Source of the DNA: Candidatus Nanohaloarchaea archaeon
GTDB taxonomy: Archaea; Nanohalarchaeota; Nanosalinia; Nanosalinales; Nanosalinaceae
DNA: 41,249 nt
Direction: 5' to 3'
NCBI GenBank assembly: GCA_042217585.1
Contig: JBDGSJ010000012.1
Coordinates: 1-41,249, forward strand
A program made the position numbers and the translations under genes. A model generated the notes under the pieces. The model was given only the letters and a program-made list of their open reading frames with translations. It searched no databases and was not told the origin of the DNA. This document shows, piece by piece, positions 9,670-18,400 of the stretch (position 1 is the first letter of the stretch; every line of letters begins with the position of its first letter).

Positions 9670-10656
9670 GTGAAGCTTCTCAGGACGGACAGGAACGAGG
9701 GATACGCTGAGATAGAGGTCGAGAACAGGGATGACCTCTGGTACCTCAAGGACATACTCAGGGAGGGCGACGAGGTCCGGGCAAAGACCATCAGGACCAA
9801 GCTGGACGGGAGGGAGAAGAAGACGTGTACGCTGACCGTCCGGATCGAGAAGGTCGATTACCAGGAGGACCGCCTCAGGCTGACCGGGGAGATAACCCGG
9901 GCGCCGGATGATGTGGAGCTCGGTTACCACACCTTCAACCTCGAGGAGGACAAGGAGTTCGAGGTCTGGAAGGACTTCACGGAGGAGGAGTGGGAGAGAC
10001 TTCAGGAGGCGGAATCGAACCGGTCCTACAGCGTTCTATTCGCACTGGTAGAGAAAGAGGGAGCTGATTTCTACATAGTGGAGGAATCAGGCATAACCGA
10101 CCTTTCAGGGGTTGAATCCAATATACCGGGAAAGATGTACTCCTCCGAGATGAGCCAGGAGGACTTTCACAGAGAGGTCAAGGACATAATAGATAGGACC
10201 GCAGGAAAGGTCGACCACGTGGTCCTGGCAGGACCCGGGCACCAGAAGAACAGGGTGATGAACATGCTTGACGATGAGGTCCAGGACAAGACCTTCCTGC
10301 AGGACACCTCGGTCACGGGGAAGACCGGTCTCCACGAGGCGATAAAGCGGGGAGCCCTCAAAAAGGTCGTTGAGTCGTCCAGGATCTCCGACGAGACATC
10401 TGCAGCTGAAGAGTTTTTCGACCGACTGAGGTCCGATGACAGGGTAGCTTACGGCGATGAGGTCCGGGGACTGGCGGAACAGGGAGCTGTGGAGAAATTA
10501 CTGATAACACAGCAGAAGATGAGGGAGGAGCCAGGGCTCGCGGAGAAGGTCGAACAGATGGGAGGAGAGGTCCAGACCATCCACACGGATCACGAGGCAG
10601 GAGAGCGAATCGAGAACTTCGGTGGGGCCGTGGCACTGCTACGTTACGAGACCTGA
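9670..10656 (+). CDS. pelA: Pelota/Dom34 ribosome rescue factor
   Basis: DDLWYL, RLRLTGEI, LGYHTFNL, VAYG..EV, GAVEKLLI, HEAGERIENFGGAVALLRY; GTG start. Confidence 0.93.
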   Translation: MKLLRTDRNEGYAEIEVENRDDLWYLKDILREGDEVRAKTIRTKLDGREKKTCTLTVRIEKVDYQEDRLRLTGEITRAPDDVELGYHTFNLEEDKEFEVWKDFTEEEWERLQEAESNRSYSVLFALVEKEGADFYIVEESGITDLSGVESNIPGKMYSSEMSQEDFHREVKDIIDRTAGKVDHVVLAGPGHQKNRVMNMLDDEVQDKTFLQDTSVTGKTGLHEAIKRGALKKVVESSRISDETSAAEEFFDRLRSDDRVAYGDEVRGLAEQGAVEKLLITQQKMREEPGLAEKVEQMGGEVQTIHTDHEAGERIENFGGAVALLRYET

Positions 10657-10657
10657 T

Positions 10658-11782
10658 CTACTCCTTGGGCCTTGATTGGAGTGTGAGCTGGAGGGTCTTC
10701 CTCTCCCCGTCTCTTATCACTGTTATCGGCACGGTCTCCCCTACCTTTGTCTCCTGAGTCAGCGTTGTGAGTACGTCCGTCAGGTCGGTGACTTTCTCTC
10801 CATCGATGCCCACAATGATGTCTCCGCCGACGGTAAGTGGTCGACCGTAAAGCGTTACCTGCCTGCTGCCTCCCTGAAGTCCTGCTTTCTCCGCGGGTCC
10901 ACCCTTGACGACCTCGATAACTAGGAACCCGGTGTCGTTCTTCAGTCCCATCTCACTGGCTATCGCCGGATCAACGTTCACACCCCTGACGCCTATCCAG
11001 GGATGTTTGTATTCTCCCTTCTTGATTATGCTGTCCGCCACGACCTCTACCTTGTTGGACGGAATGGCGTAGCCTATACCCGAGAAGGTGCCGGTCTGGG
11101 TCTCGATGGCTGTCGTGACTCCGATCACCTCTCCCTTTATGTTCAGCAGAGGTCCACCGGAGTTACCCGGATTTATGGCGGCGTCGGTCTGTATGACGTT
11201 CGGTATCGAGAAACCGCCGTCGACCCTCAGAGTCCTGTCGGTCTGGGAAACTATGCCTGCGGTCATCGTCCCCGGGAGGCTGAAAGGATTCCCGATCGCG
11301 ACAGCGGTCTGACCTACCTTCACTTTCGAGGAATCCGCTAGCTCCAGGGGATCAAGGCCCTCCTTTTCAACCTTCAAGACCGCGATGTCCGAGTAGAGAT
11401 CGCTGCCCACTATCTCGGCCTCGACGGTCTCTCCATCGCTGAACGTTACGAAGACCTTGTTCGCTCCGCTTATCACGTGCTCGTTCGTTATGATGTGCCC
11501 CTTCTTGTCGTAGATGAAACCCGAACCCTGGGAACTTGGCCCGGTAGTCCTGATCGATACGACGGACTCCCGGGTCCTCTCGAAGAGGTTCACGAACAGT
11601 TCCTGCCGGCTGGAAGTATTGATGTAGACGACCTTCTGCCGGGACTGAAGCGTGTCAACCCTGTTCTCCAGTGAGTTCAGGCGGTGGTCCATCTGTTGAT
11701 ACGTCACCACACCACCTGCCACGGCACCGAAGAGCAGGACCGCCGCTATCCCGAAAAGGTCGATCTTTCTTGAAGTATCCAC
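10658..11782 (-). CDS. htrA: HtrA/DegP-like membrane-anchored serine protease with PDZ domain (start uncertain: GTG 11782 or ATG 11812)
   Basis: GSGF, TNEHVI, DIAVLK, QTDAAINPGNSGGPL, C-terminal PDZ; N-terminal TM and coiled coil. Confidence 0.92.
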   Translation of the reverse strand: MDTSRKIDLFGIAAVLLFGAVAGGVVTYQQMDHRLNSLENRVDTLQSRQKVVYINTSSRQELFVNLFERTRESVVSIRTTGPSSQGSGFIYDKKGHIITNEHVISGANKVFVTFSDGETVEAEIVGSDLYSDIAVLKVEKEGLDPLELADSSKVKVGQTAVAIGNPFSLPGTMTAGIVSQTDRTLRVDGGFSIPNVIQTDAAINPGNSGGPLLNIKGEVIGVTTAIETQTGTFSGIGYAIPSNKVEVVADSIIKKGEYKHPWIGVRGVNVDPAIASEMGLKNDTGFLVIEVVKGGPAEKAGLQGGSRQVTLYGRPLTVGGDIIVGIDGEKVTDLTDVLTTLTQETKVGETVPITVIRDGERKTLQLTLQSRPKE

Positions 11783-11800
11783 AGGATTCTCTTTAGATCC

Positions 11801-11810
11801 AATATTTATC
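11801..11810. promoter_or_regulatory. Probable shared AT-rich TATA element of the divergent htrA/NUDIX pair
   Basis: AATATTTATC is the main AT-rich block in the 52-bp gap between the two inferred start codons. Confidence 0.4.
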
Positions 11811-11834
11811 ATGGTTCCGCCCGGAGAATTCAAC

Positions 11835-12275
11835 ATGGTCGAGACAACCAGGCACTTCACCGCCACCACTTTCATCGTTAACGAGGGAAAGGTCCTGCTC
11901 CACCTTCACAAGAAACTGGACAAGTGGCTTCCGGTAGGAGGGCATATCGATAGAGACGAGCTCCCCCACAAGGCAGCCGAAAGAGAGGCCAGGGAGGAAT
12001 CAGGTCTGGAGATAAGTATAGAGGGAAGGAGAGAGCTTTCAGAGGATACCGATGAGCTTCCCCGTCCGGACACGGTTCTCCTGCAGGATATAAACGAACA
12101 CCACCAGCACATAGACAGCGTTTTCTACGTTGAGTCAGACGGCGACGATCTGGACCCTGAGAACGGAATCGAGAAGATGGAATGGTTCACGGTCCGTGAC
12201 CTTTCGGAGAGTGATCTGGATGAAGAGATCGAGAAGCACGCCAGGGAAGCGATAGAGAAGTTCGACGGTCAGTGA
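11835..12275 (+). CDS. NUDIX hydrolase
   Basis: Nudix box GGHIDRDELPHKAAEREAREESGL; ATG 11835 lies ~25 bp after an AT-rich box. Confidence 0.9.
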   Translation: MVETTRHFTATTFIVNEGKVLLHLHKKLDKWLPVGGHIDRDELPHKAAEREAREESGLEISIEGRRELSEDTDELPRPDTVLLQDINEHHQHIDSVFYVESDGDDLDPENGIEKMEWFTVRDLSESDLDEEIEKHAREAIEKFDGQ

Positions 12276-12322
12276 CCACCCTTCCCCGGTAAAACTTAAG
12301 CGGCCGCCTGAAAAGGATAGTT

Positions 12323-12694
12323 ATGGACCTCAAAAGAGGTCTCTTTCACCTGACGCCGCTCGGGAGGGCGGACCAGGAGGTACTTGAATTCGTCAGTGAC
12401 AGGGTGGAGGAGAAAGATGTCGAAAGGTATCAGAAATCCCTGAACAGGTACAGGAGGGTCAAACTCCTCCGCGTGAACTTCAGGGTCCTGGTTTATGCCG
12501 GTCTGATAACTTCGGCCGCCACCACATTCGGGCTGAGTCAGGCCCAGGTCCTGCAGCGGATCGCCTCTTACCTTGGCACAGGCATACTTTTCACGGTTTA
12601 CATACTGCTTGGCTACGTCGTTATGCTCTACAGGGAGCAGTACCATGTCTTCAGAGAGATACTCGTGGCAAGGGCCGCCTCATCAGGTTCCTAG
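12323..12694 (+). CDS. Hypothetical small membrane protein (2 TM)
   Basis: ATG preceded by AT-rich element; two hydrophobic helices. Confidence 0.65.
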   Translation: MDLKRGLFHLTPLGRADQEVLEFVSDRVEEKDVERYQKSLNRYRRVKLLRVNFRVLVYAGLITSAATTFGLSQAQVLQRIASYLGTGILFTVYILLGYVVMLYREQYHVFREILVARAASSGS

Positions 12695-13011
12695 ATCACT
12701 CCAAAGGACCTGAGCAGGTCCGTAATCCCCATGAAGACCAGCAGGAACCCTGCGATCTGCGGTGTCACCGCGTAAAGCTTGGACCATGTGAACGGCTGGT
12801 GGTTGAGGACCACCGCGAATCCCATTATCTCCGCCAGGAGTATGAAGAACAGTCCAAGTGCGAACTTGCTAGAGGCGTTGCCGACCGAACCTCCTACATC
12901 TACGCTCCTGTAGATTTTCACGGACCTGTAAAGGAAGAAGCCCGTAAGCACCACCAGCATGGCCTGGAGCCATACGTCCACCGGCATGTAGGATACGAAT
13001 TTCATGCTCAT
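12691..13011 (-). CDS. Hypothetical 3-TM membrane protein
   Basis: Three hydrophobic helices; ATGA coupling to upstream gene. Confidence 0.65.
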   Translation of the reverse strand: MSMKFVSYMPVDVWLQAMLVVLTGFFLYRSVKIYRSVDVGGSVGNASSKFALGLFFILLAEIMGFAVVLNHQPFTWSKLYAVTPQIAGFLLVFMGITDLLRSFGVI

Positions 13012-13337
13012 ACGTCGGCAAACCTCTCGAAGTATCTCAGCCCTGACCAGAAGATCAGGGTGTAGGATACGAGTTCAAGGGTTTGAGTAGTCGTTCTTAG
13101 TGAAGGTATGTACTTCACGGTCTTGAAGTGATGGATAGGGCCGTGAACGAATGAAAGTATCTGCGCTCCCGTGAAAAGAACAACCCCGATGAACAGGGTC
13201 TGGAACACCATGGAGTCTTCCCCTACCTCATCCATCAGTTTGTAGAGGCTTACCGCCATCGCCAGGCCCATCAGGCTGACGATAGCTACTCCTGGTATGC
13301 AGAGGCATTGAAGTGCAAATATCGCGCTTATAGCCAT
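13008..13337 (-). CDS. Hypothetical 3-TM membrane protein
   Basis: Three hydrophobic helices; SD GGAGGTGA upstream. Confidence 0.65.
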   Translation of the reverse strand: MAISAIFALQCLCIPGVAIVSLMGLAMAVSLYKLMDEVGEDSMVFQTLFIGVVLFTGAQILSFVHGPIHHFKTVKYIPSLRTTTQTLELVSYTLIFWSGLRYFERFADV

Positions 13338-13765
13338 TCCGAGTCACCTCCTAGGAAGTGTGCGGCCAGGCCCAGCAGGGACCACGCCGCAAGGGAGGCG
13401 TAGAAGTTCATGGTGTTTATTATGTTCGCAACCTTGGTTATCTGGAGGACCTTAAGTACCGAGAACGTGAAGGAGGTCACTATGAACCCTGTTGCAGGTA
13501 TCATAACAGCCCTCTCCGGCCAGAGCGGCTTCTCCCAGAAGAATCCGAACGAGAGGAATCCGCCGACCACTATGCTCATCAGGCTCCACCAGCCAATCCA
13601 CGAAAGGGCGGTGCCGCCCGGCGGTATCGCGTCATTCGCAAGCTTCTTGTCAAAGGCTGCCTCCTTCTTTGAAGGAATGCCTTTTCCCACCCATCCGAAC
13701 AGGCCTACCAGTACCGCAACTACGGTCATAACTGAGATGGCCTTCACGAACAGGTCTTCGTTCAT
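13328..13765 (-). CDS. Hypothetical 4-TM membrane protein
   Basis: Four hydrophobic helices; SD AGGAG upstream. Confidence 0.65.
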   Translation of the reverse strand: MNEDLFVKAISVMTVVAVLVGLFGWVGKGIPSKKEAAFDKKLANDAIPPGGTALSWIGWWSLMSIVVGGFLSFGFFWEKPLWPERAVMIPATGFIVTSFTFSVLKVLQITKVANIINTMNFYASLAAWSLLGLAAHFLGGDSEWL

Positions 13766-13889
13766 ACTCCTTCTAATCGAATGATATACTCATCTTCCTT
13801 TAAAAAAGCTGTCCTGTCTGTTAGGAAGTATCTCCGGGGCCATCCATGATTCAAAAATATGCGGGACCCACGTTAACTGTGGCGTCTGT

Positions 13890-13978
13890 GCCGGGGTGAC
13901 GGAGTCTGGCTGAACGTGCCGGTCTTGAGAACCGGTGGGCCGTACCGGCCCTCCTGGGTTCAAATCCCAGCCCCGGCG
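13890..13978 (+). tRNA. tRNA-Ser(TGA), intronless, CCA not encoded
   Basis: Acceptor GCCGGGG/CCCCGGC with G discriminator; anticodon stem CCGGT/ACCGG and loop CT-TGA-GA; long variable arm GGGCC/GGCCC; T-arm CTGGG-TTCAAAT-CCCAG. Confidence 0.96.
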
Positions 13979-14109
13979 TCCCACATTTCAACCTTGTACA
14001 GGACCTTGTCGCAGTTACGGGTACAGGTCCGGCGTCCCTCGATACCGGGAAAAGTTAGAACTGGCTCTTCTAGACCGGATAAATTTCAGAAGTTAGAATG
14101 GAGGCGTGT

Positions 14110-14418
14110 TTACTCCATGAGTTCTATCTCGATGTCCACTCCTTCAGGTACATGGACCCTCATAACCTGTCTCAGCGCTCTTTCGGACTCGGTGATGTCG
14201 ATGAGTCTCTTGTGGACGCTCATCTCGTACCTCTCTATCGTGGAGCTTCCCTCTCCGTCCGGAGCCTTCCTTGTCGGGATGTCCATCTTCTCCGTCGGGA
14301 GCGGGACAGGTCCGGAGACCTCTGCGTTGTACTCGTCTCCGATGTCAAGTATCTCTTCCGCGAGCTCGTCCACCTTTTCCTGATCGGTGCTCCTGAGCTT
14401 CACTCTTGCCTTCTGCAT
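14110..14418 (-). CDS. rps10: 30S ribosomal protein uS10
   Basis: SGPVPLPT, TRKAPDGEGS, HKRLIDI. Confidence 0.97.
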   Translation of the reverse strand: MQKARVKLRSTDQEKVDELAEEILDIGDEYNAEVSGPVPLPTEKMDIPTRKAPDGEGSSTIERYEMSVHKRLIDITESERALRQVMRVHVPEGVDIEIELME

Positions 14419-14441
14419 AGGTATACCCGGGTGGCCAAATC

Positions 14442-14448
14442 TTATAAA
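14442..14448 (-). promoter_or_regulatory. TATA box for rps10 (likely leaderless transcript)
   Basis: TTTATAA on minus strand ~24 bp upstream of the ATG. Confidence 0.55.
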
Positions 14449-14460
14449 TTGTAAGAGGGT

Positions 14461-14916
14461 TTATCGGTCGTATCCCCCTGATTCACTCTGTCCGGGTGTA
14501 TCCGCTGATTCCTGGAGCTTCCGGTATTCGTCGTGCGCCCTTTCAATCTCGGTGGCGTGGTCCCAGTCATCTGCCCGGGTGGCCATCTCCATCGAGTAGC
14601 CCATGCCCAGCCCGGCAATTCCGGCTATCATGTTTCCGGCCAGTGCTGCTCCTGCTCCCGCGGCTCCCAGCGTCAGGGCGCTGACCCTTGTAAGGTTCAT
14701 GTAGGTGAACTCCCGGTCCTGGAACCAGGTTGAGAGGTATCCATCGGGAAGTTCGCTTTTCTTCCTCCGGCCTTCACTGTACATTTCGGCCGTTCCTATC
14801 ATCTTTTGCTCGACTGCTTCCGCTCCATCCTCCAGGAGGTCCCTCAGTTTTTCGCCGCTTTTCCTGATGGTCCTCTCCGTAGCAGTTCCCCGGTCCACGA
14901 TATTTTCATTCTCCAT
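14461..14916 (-). CDS. Hypothetical protein with Gly/Ala-rich hydrophobic hairpin
   Basis: Acidic ORF with LTLGAAGAGAALAGNMIAGIAGLGMG; TTTTAAAA upstream. Confidence 0.6.
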   Translation of the reverse strand: MENENIVDRGTATERTIRKSGEKLRDLLEDGAEAVEQKMIGTAEMYSEGRRKKSELPDGYLSTWFQDREFTYMNLTRVSALTLGAAGAGAALAGNMIAGIAGLGMGYSMEMATRADDWDHATEIERAHDEYRKLQESADTPGQSESGGYDR

Positions 14917-14959
14917 TTGTTACACGATGGGAACAAGTAAGGATCGATTTTTAAAAATC

Positions 14960-15460
14960 TCAGTTTGTGGTTATCGAGAGTCCTGAAGGTGCTGAAGGTG
15001 GAGAGGTCGCTCCCATATCGATGGAGGAGGTCACAGATCCCGAGACCTCCTGGTTGCTCAGTCCTCCTATCTGGTCGTACTCGATGTTGATTGAAAAGCT
15101 GTTACAGCCGAACATACCCGCCTGCCTGAACTGGACGTTCTCTACTGTGAACTCTTCCGAGTCCGCGACAGGTATCATCTTCCCCTCCCACGAAGACGCA
15201 TTCCTGCCGTTCCCGTTCAGTACCTCTATCCGGGTGACGTTGACCGGTTCTCCGGCTCCGTTCCTGAGTATGAACTGGAGGTGTCCATCCGTGTTCACCC
15301 CGAACTGTGCTATCTGGACCGCCTCTCCCCCGAAGCCCATGCTGGATTTCTGGCACTGGCCCTGGCTGAAGGCGAAGAAGGCGGCGCCGACGACGGCCAC
15401 TACCACGAGCATCCATCCGTAAGACATCAGGTACTCTATGGCTGACTGTCCCTTCTTCAT
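14960..15460 (-). CDS. Archaeal type IV pilin-like protein (class III signal peptide) with C-terminal PPSAPSGL tail
   Basis: MKKG|QSAIEYLMSYGW with E at +5, followed by a hydrophobic helix; 4-bp overlap with upstream adhesin. Confidence 0.88.
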   Translation of the reverse strand: MKKGQSAIEYLMSYGWMLVVVAVVGAAFFAFSQGQCQKSSMGFGGEAVQIAQFGVNTDGHLQFILRNGAGEPVNVTRIEVLNGNGRNASSWEGKMIPVADSEEFTVENVQFRQAGMFGCNSFSINIEYDQIGGLSNQEVSGSVTSSIDMGATSPPSAPSGLSITTN

Positions 15461-18400
15461 CTGCTGATCACCCCGCAGTCCTGGACGGATGAACTGCCTG
15501 CTCCGTTGAACGCCGTCACGTTGAAGCAGACGTAGTCGCCGTCCTTTATGTTCAGGGCGTTGTAGCTGAAGGACTTCTCGTTGGGACCTGTGGATCCCAC
15601 CTTCCTGAAGGAGCCTGTCGAATTAGTGTAGACCCTGAACCCGTTCTCGTTGTTCGATCTGTCCTTCCACGAGAGATCTATCACTATGCCGCCGTACTTC
15701 ACCCTGAAGATTTTTTCCGCGGACCTGGTCACGTCTCCGTTGCTCTGAGTGACCGTCAGGAAGCCTCTGAAGGTCTGTGGAAGTTTGCCTGACCTGTAGT
15801 CGTATCTGAGCACTCCGGCAGTCCCGTTCTCGATATCCGTCACCACTTTCCTCGACTTCATCACCTCGCTGTCGTAGTATGTCAGGTTGAACCTGGTCAG
15901 TTTCGGGGACCTGTCGTTGTTTGTTGACATCGAGACCCGGTATTTCAGGAACCTGGTCTGCGGGACGCTGTCTATATCGGAGTGAGAGATCCATGTCCCG
16001 GAGCTGTTCTCTAGGAAGCTGACTGAAAGACCTGTGCCAGCTGGCTCTACAGTCTCGGTCCTTACCTGTCTGGGGTCGAACTTCTGGCTGTCGCTCAGGA
16101 CCGGTGAGGTGTAGGTGCCCGAGTCCTCGTACCTGAGCCTGTAAAACCTGTCCGATGGTATGACCTGGAAGCTTGATTCGCCGGGCCTCTTCCACGCGAC
16201 GGACACACCGCTTCCTCCGGTATGTTCCTGTACCCGGACCCTGAAGGTGTGGTATCCTTTATCGAGCTGTATCGTATCGCTGTGGACGTAACTTCCCGAG
16301 ACACCGTGACCTCCGTACCAGGAGACGGCTCTTTTCCCGTCGATGAATACGTCTGATGCGTCGTCGGAGTCTATTCCTATGGTGTAGGTCCCTGACTCCG
16401 GTGCGTACAGGTAACCGGATGCCTTCCACGAGAAATGGTCTCCCGGCAGGTAAGATGGCTTCGCGTTCCAGCCTCCGCCGCTCTGCCAGTGGACGGAACC
16501 CGAGTGGTTCCCGGTTCCCTGGAGAGAGACACCGCTCCTCGAAGGGTTGAAGAACTTGTCCATGGCGTCCTCGCTGTCCGCGTAGTTGTCCTCCTGGTTC
16601 AGGCCCTGGGTTTCATACCACCGGTAGGCCAGCTTTCCCTGTGCACCCACAGATGACTCGAGTCTCAGGTCCCCTGCCGAGATCTCCGTGCCCGAGAGGG
16701 TCCCTGAGTTCCAGTCATCGCCGTCGCTGAAAGTCCAGTTAAGGACCTTGCCGGTGCTGTTGAAGTGGAGGGCCACGTCGTAGCAACCATACCTGCTGTA
16801 GCATTCAGGTCTGAAGCTGAAGTTCACCGGGTTCCTGGTGGAGTTCCGGTCCGCGGGGCTGGTCCAGTCTATCGTGGGCGAGGGGAAGTCTTTCGGCCTG
16901 ACCGTGATGTTCCGGGCGTAGGACCTGTTTGTCGTGCCATCCTGTTCTGTTACCTTTATCGCCCACCTGAACGTGGACGGGAGGGAGTAGCTTGAGAAAT
17001 CGTAGGTTATGCTGTTGGTCTGGCCGCTGTCTACGTTCGATACGGTCTTCATCTCCCTGAACCTGGTCTGAGTGTTGGCATAAGATAGGTTTACCTTTCT
17101 CACTGTCGGGGTCTTCAGGTTGTCCGATGTCTCGAGATGTGCCCTGAACCTGAGGAACCTGGACGCAGGCACGTCATCGAGCGATTCGTTGTATATCCAT
17201 GTACCTGAGCTGTTATGCCCGAAGTCGATGTCATAACTCGTTGAGGCTCCGGTTGAACCGGTTACCCGGGAGTTCCTCCAGTCCACATCCCTCGCCGCGG
17301 CGAAAGTTCTGGATGTGTAGTTGCCTGAATCAGGGTAGACCCGTGGATAGTATCTTGTCGAAGGTATGACCTGGAAGCTTGATTCGCCGGGCCTTATCCA
17401 GGCGACAGACACGCCATCTCCTCCGGTGTCCTCCTGCATGCGGACCCTGAACCGGTGGAAGCCCTTCGAGAGCGTTATCTGGCCGCTGTGGCCGTAGCTT
17501 CCCGAGGTCCCGTGCGGTCCGTAGTACGATGCGACCCTGTTCCCGTCGATGAATACGTCTGATGCGTCGTCGGAGTCTATTCCTATGGTGTAGGTCCCTG
17601 ACTCCGGTGCGTACAGGTAACCGGATGCCTCCCAGGAGTAATGCTCGGAGGACAGGTAGGATGGTTTTGCGTCCCATGAACTGCTGTGCCAGTGGACCCT
17701 TCCCGAGTGGATTCCCTCGCCACCTCTGCTGACCCCGTTGGTTCCGGGATCTGTGAACATGTCCATCTCCTCCTCATCGTTCGCGTAGCCGTTGACCTGG
17801 TTCAGCTCTGAGGTGTCGTACCAGTGATACCTGAGTCTTCCCTGCTGGCCCGGTACGGATCTGCTCAGGGAGATACCGCCGTTTTCTACGGTCGTGTTCC
17901 GGACCTCGCCTGTGCTCCACTCGTCCCCGGAGTCCGTCACCCAGTGGAAAACGCTGTTGGTGGGCAGGCTGTACTTCACCGAGATGGAACGGACCTCGGG
18001 GGCCTGGTAGACATCACCCGTTGATAGGGTCACGTTGAGCTTTATCCTCTCCGTCTGCGGCACCTCCTCTATGCTCTCGTGGTAGGTCCAGCCGTTCTTC
18101 CCCTTGCTGGCGTAGTCCACATCCACCGACGTACCGGAGGGAGTCAGAGCCTTCACCTCTGCCGATCTCCAGTAGGCCGGGGCCCTTACGGTTTTTGGCT
18201 CTGTCTCATAGCTTCCTGGGCTCTGGAACTCCATGCTGGCGTTCGCGTAGCGATCATCAGGTATAACTTTGAAATCTGATTCCCCAGGTTTCTTCCAGGC
18301 GAGAGAGACTCCGTCCTGCCCTCCTCCCTCCTCCATCCTTACCTTTATCGGGTGCCATCCCCTGGAGAGGGTTATCTGGCCGCTGTGGCCGTAGCCGCCT

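Noticed and set aside
10228..10245. Pelota PGF motif reads PGH
   Set aside because: A single substitution in an otherwise intact gene; significance cannot be judged without an alignment.
13890..13978. tRNA as a selenocysteine or opal-suppressor tRNA
   Set aside because: The anticodon is TGA (reads UCA, Ser), not TCA; it has a standard 7-bp acceptor stem.
13979..14109. Short repeats (AAGTTAGAA twice, GTACAGG twice) between tRNA-Ser and rps10
   Set aside because: Too short and irregular to support an ncRNA, att site or array.
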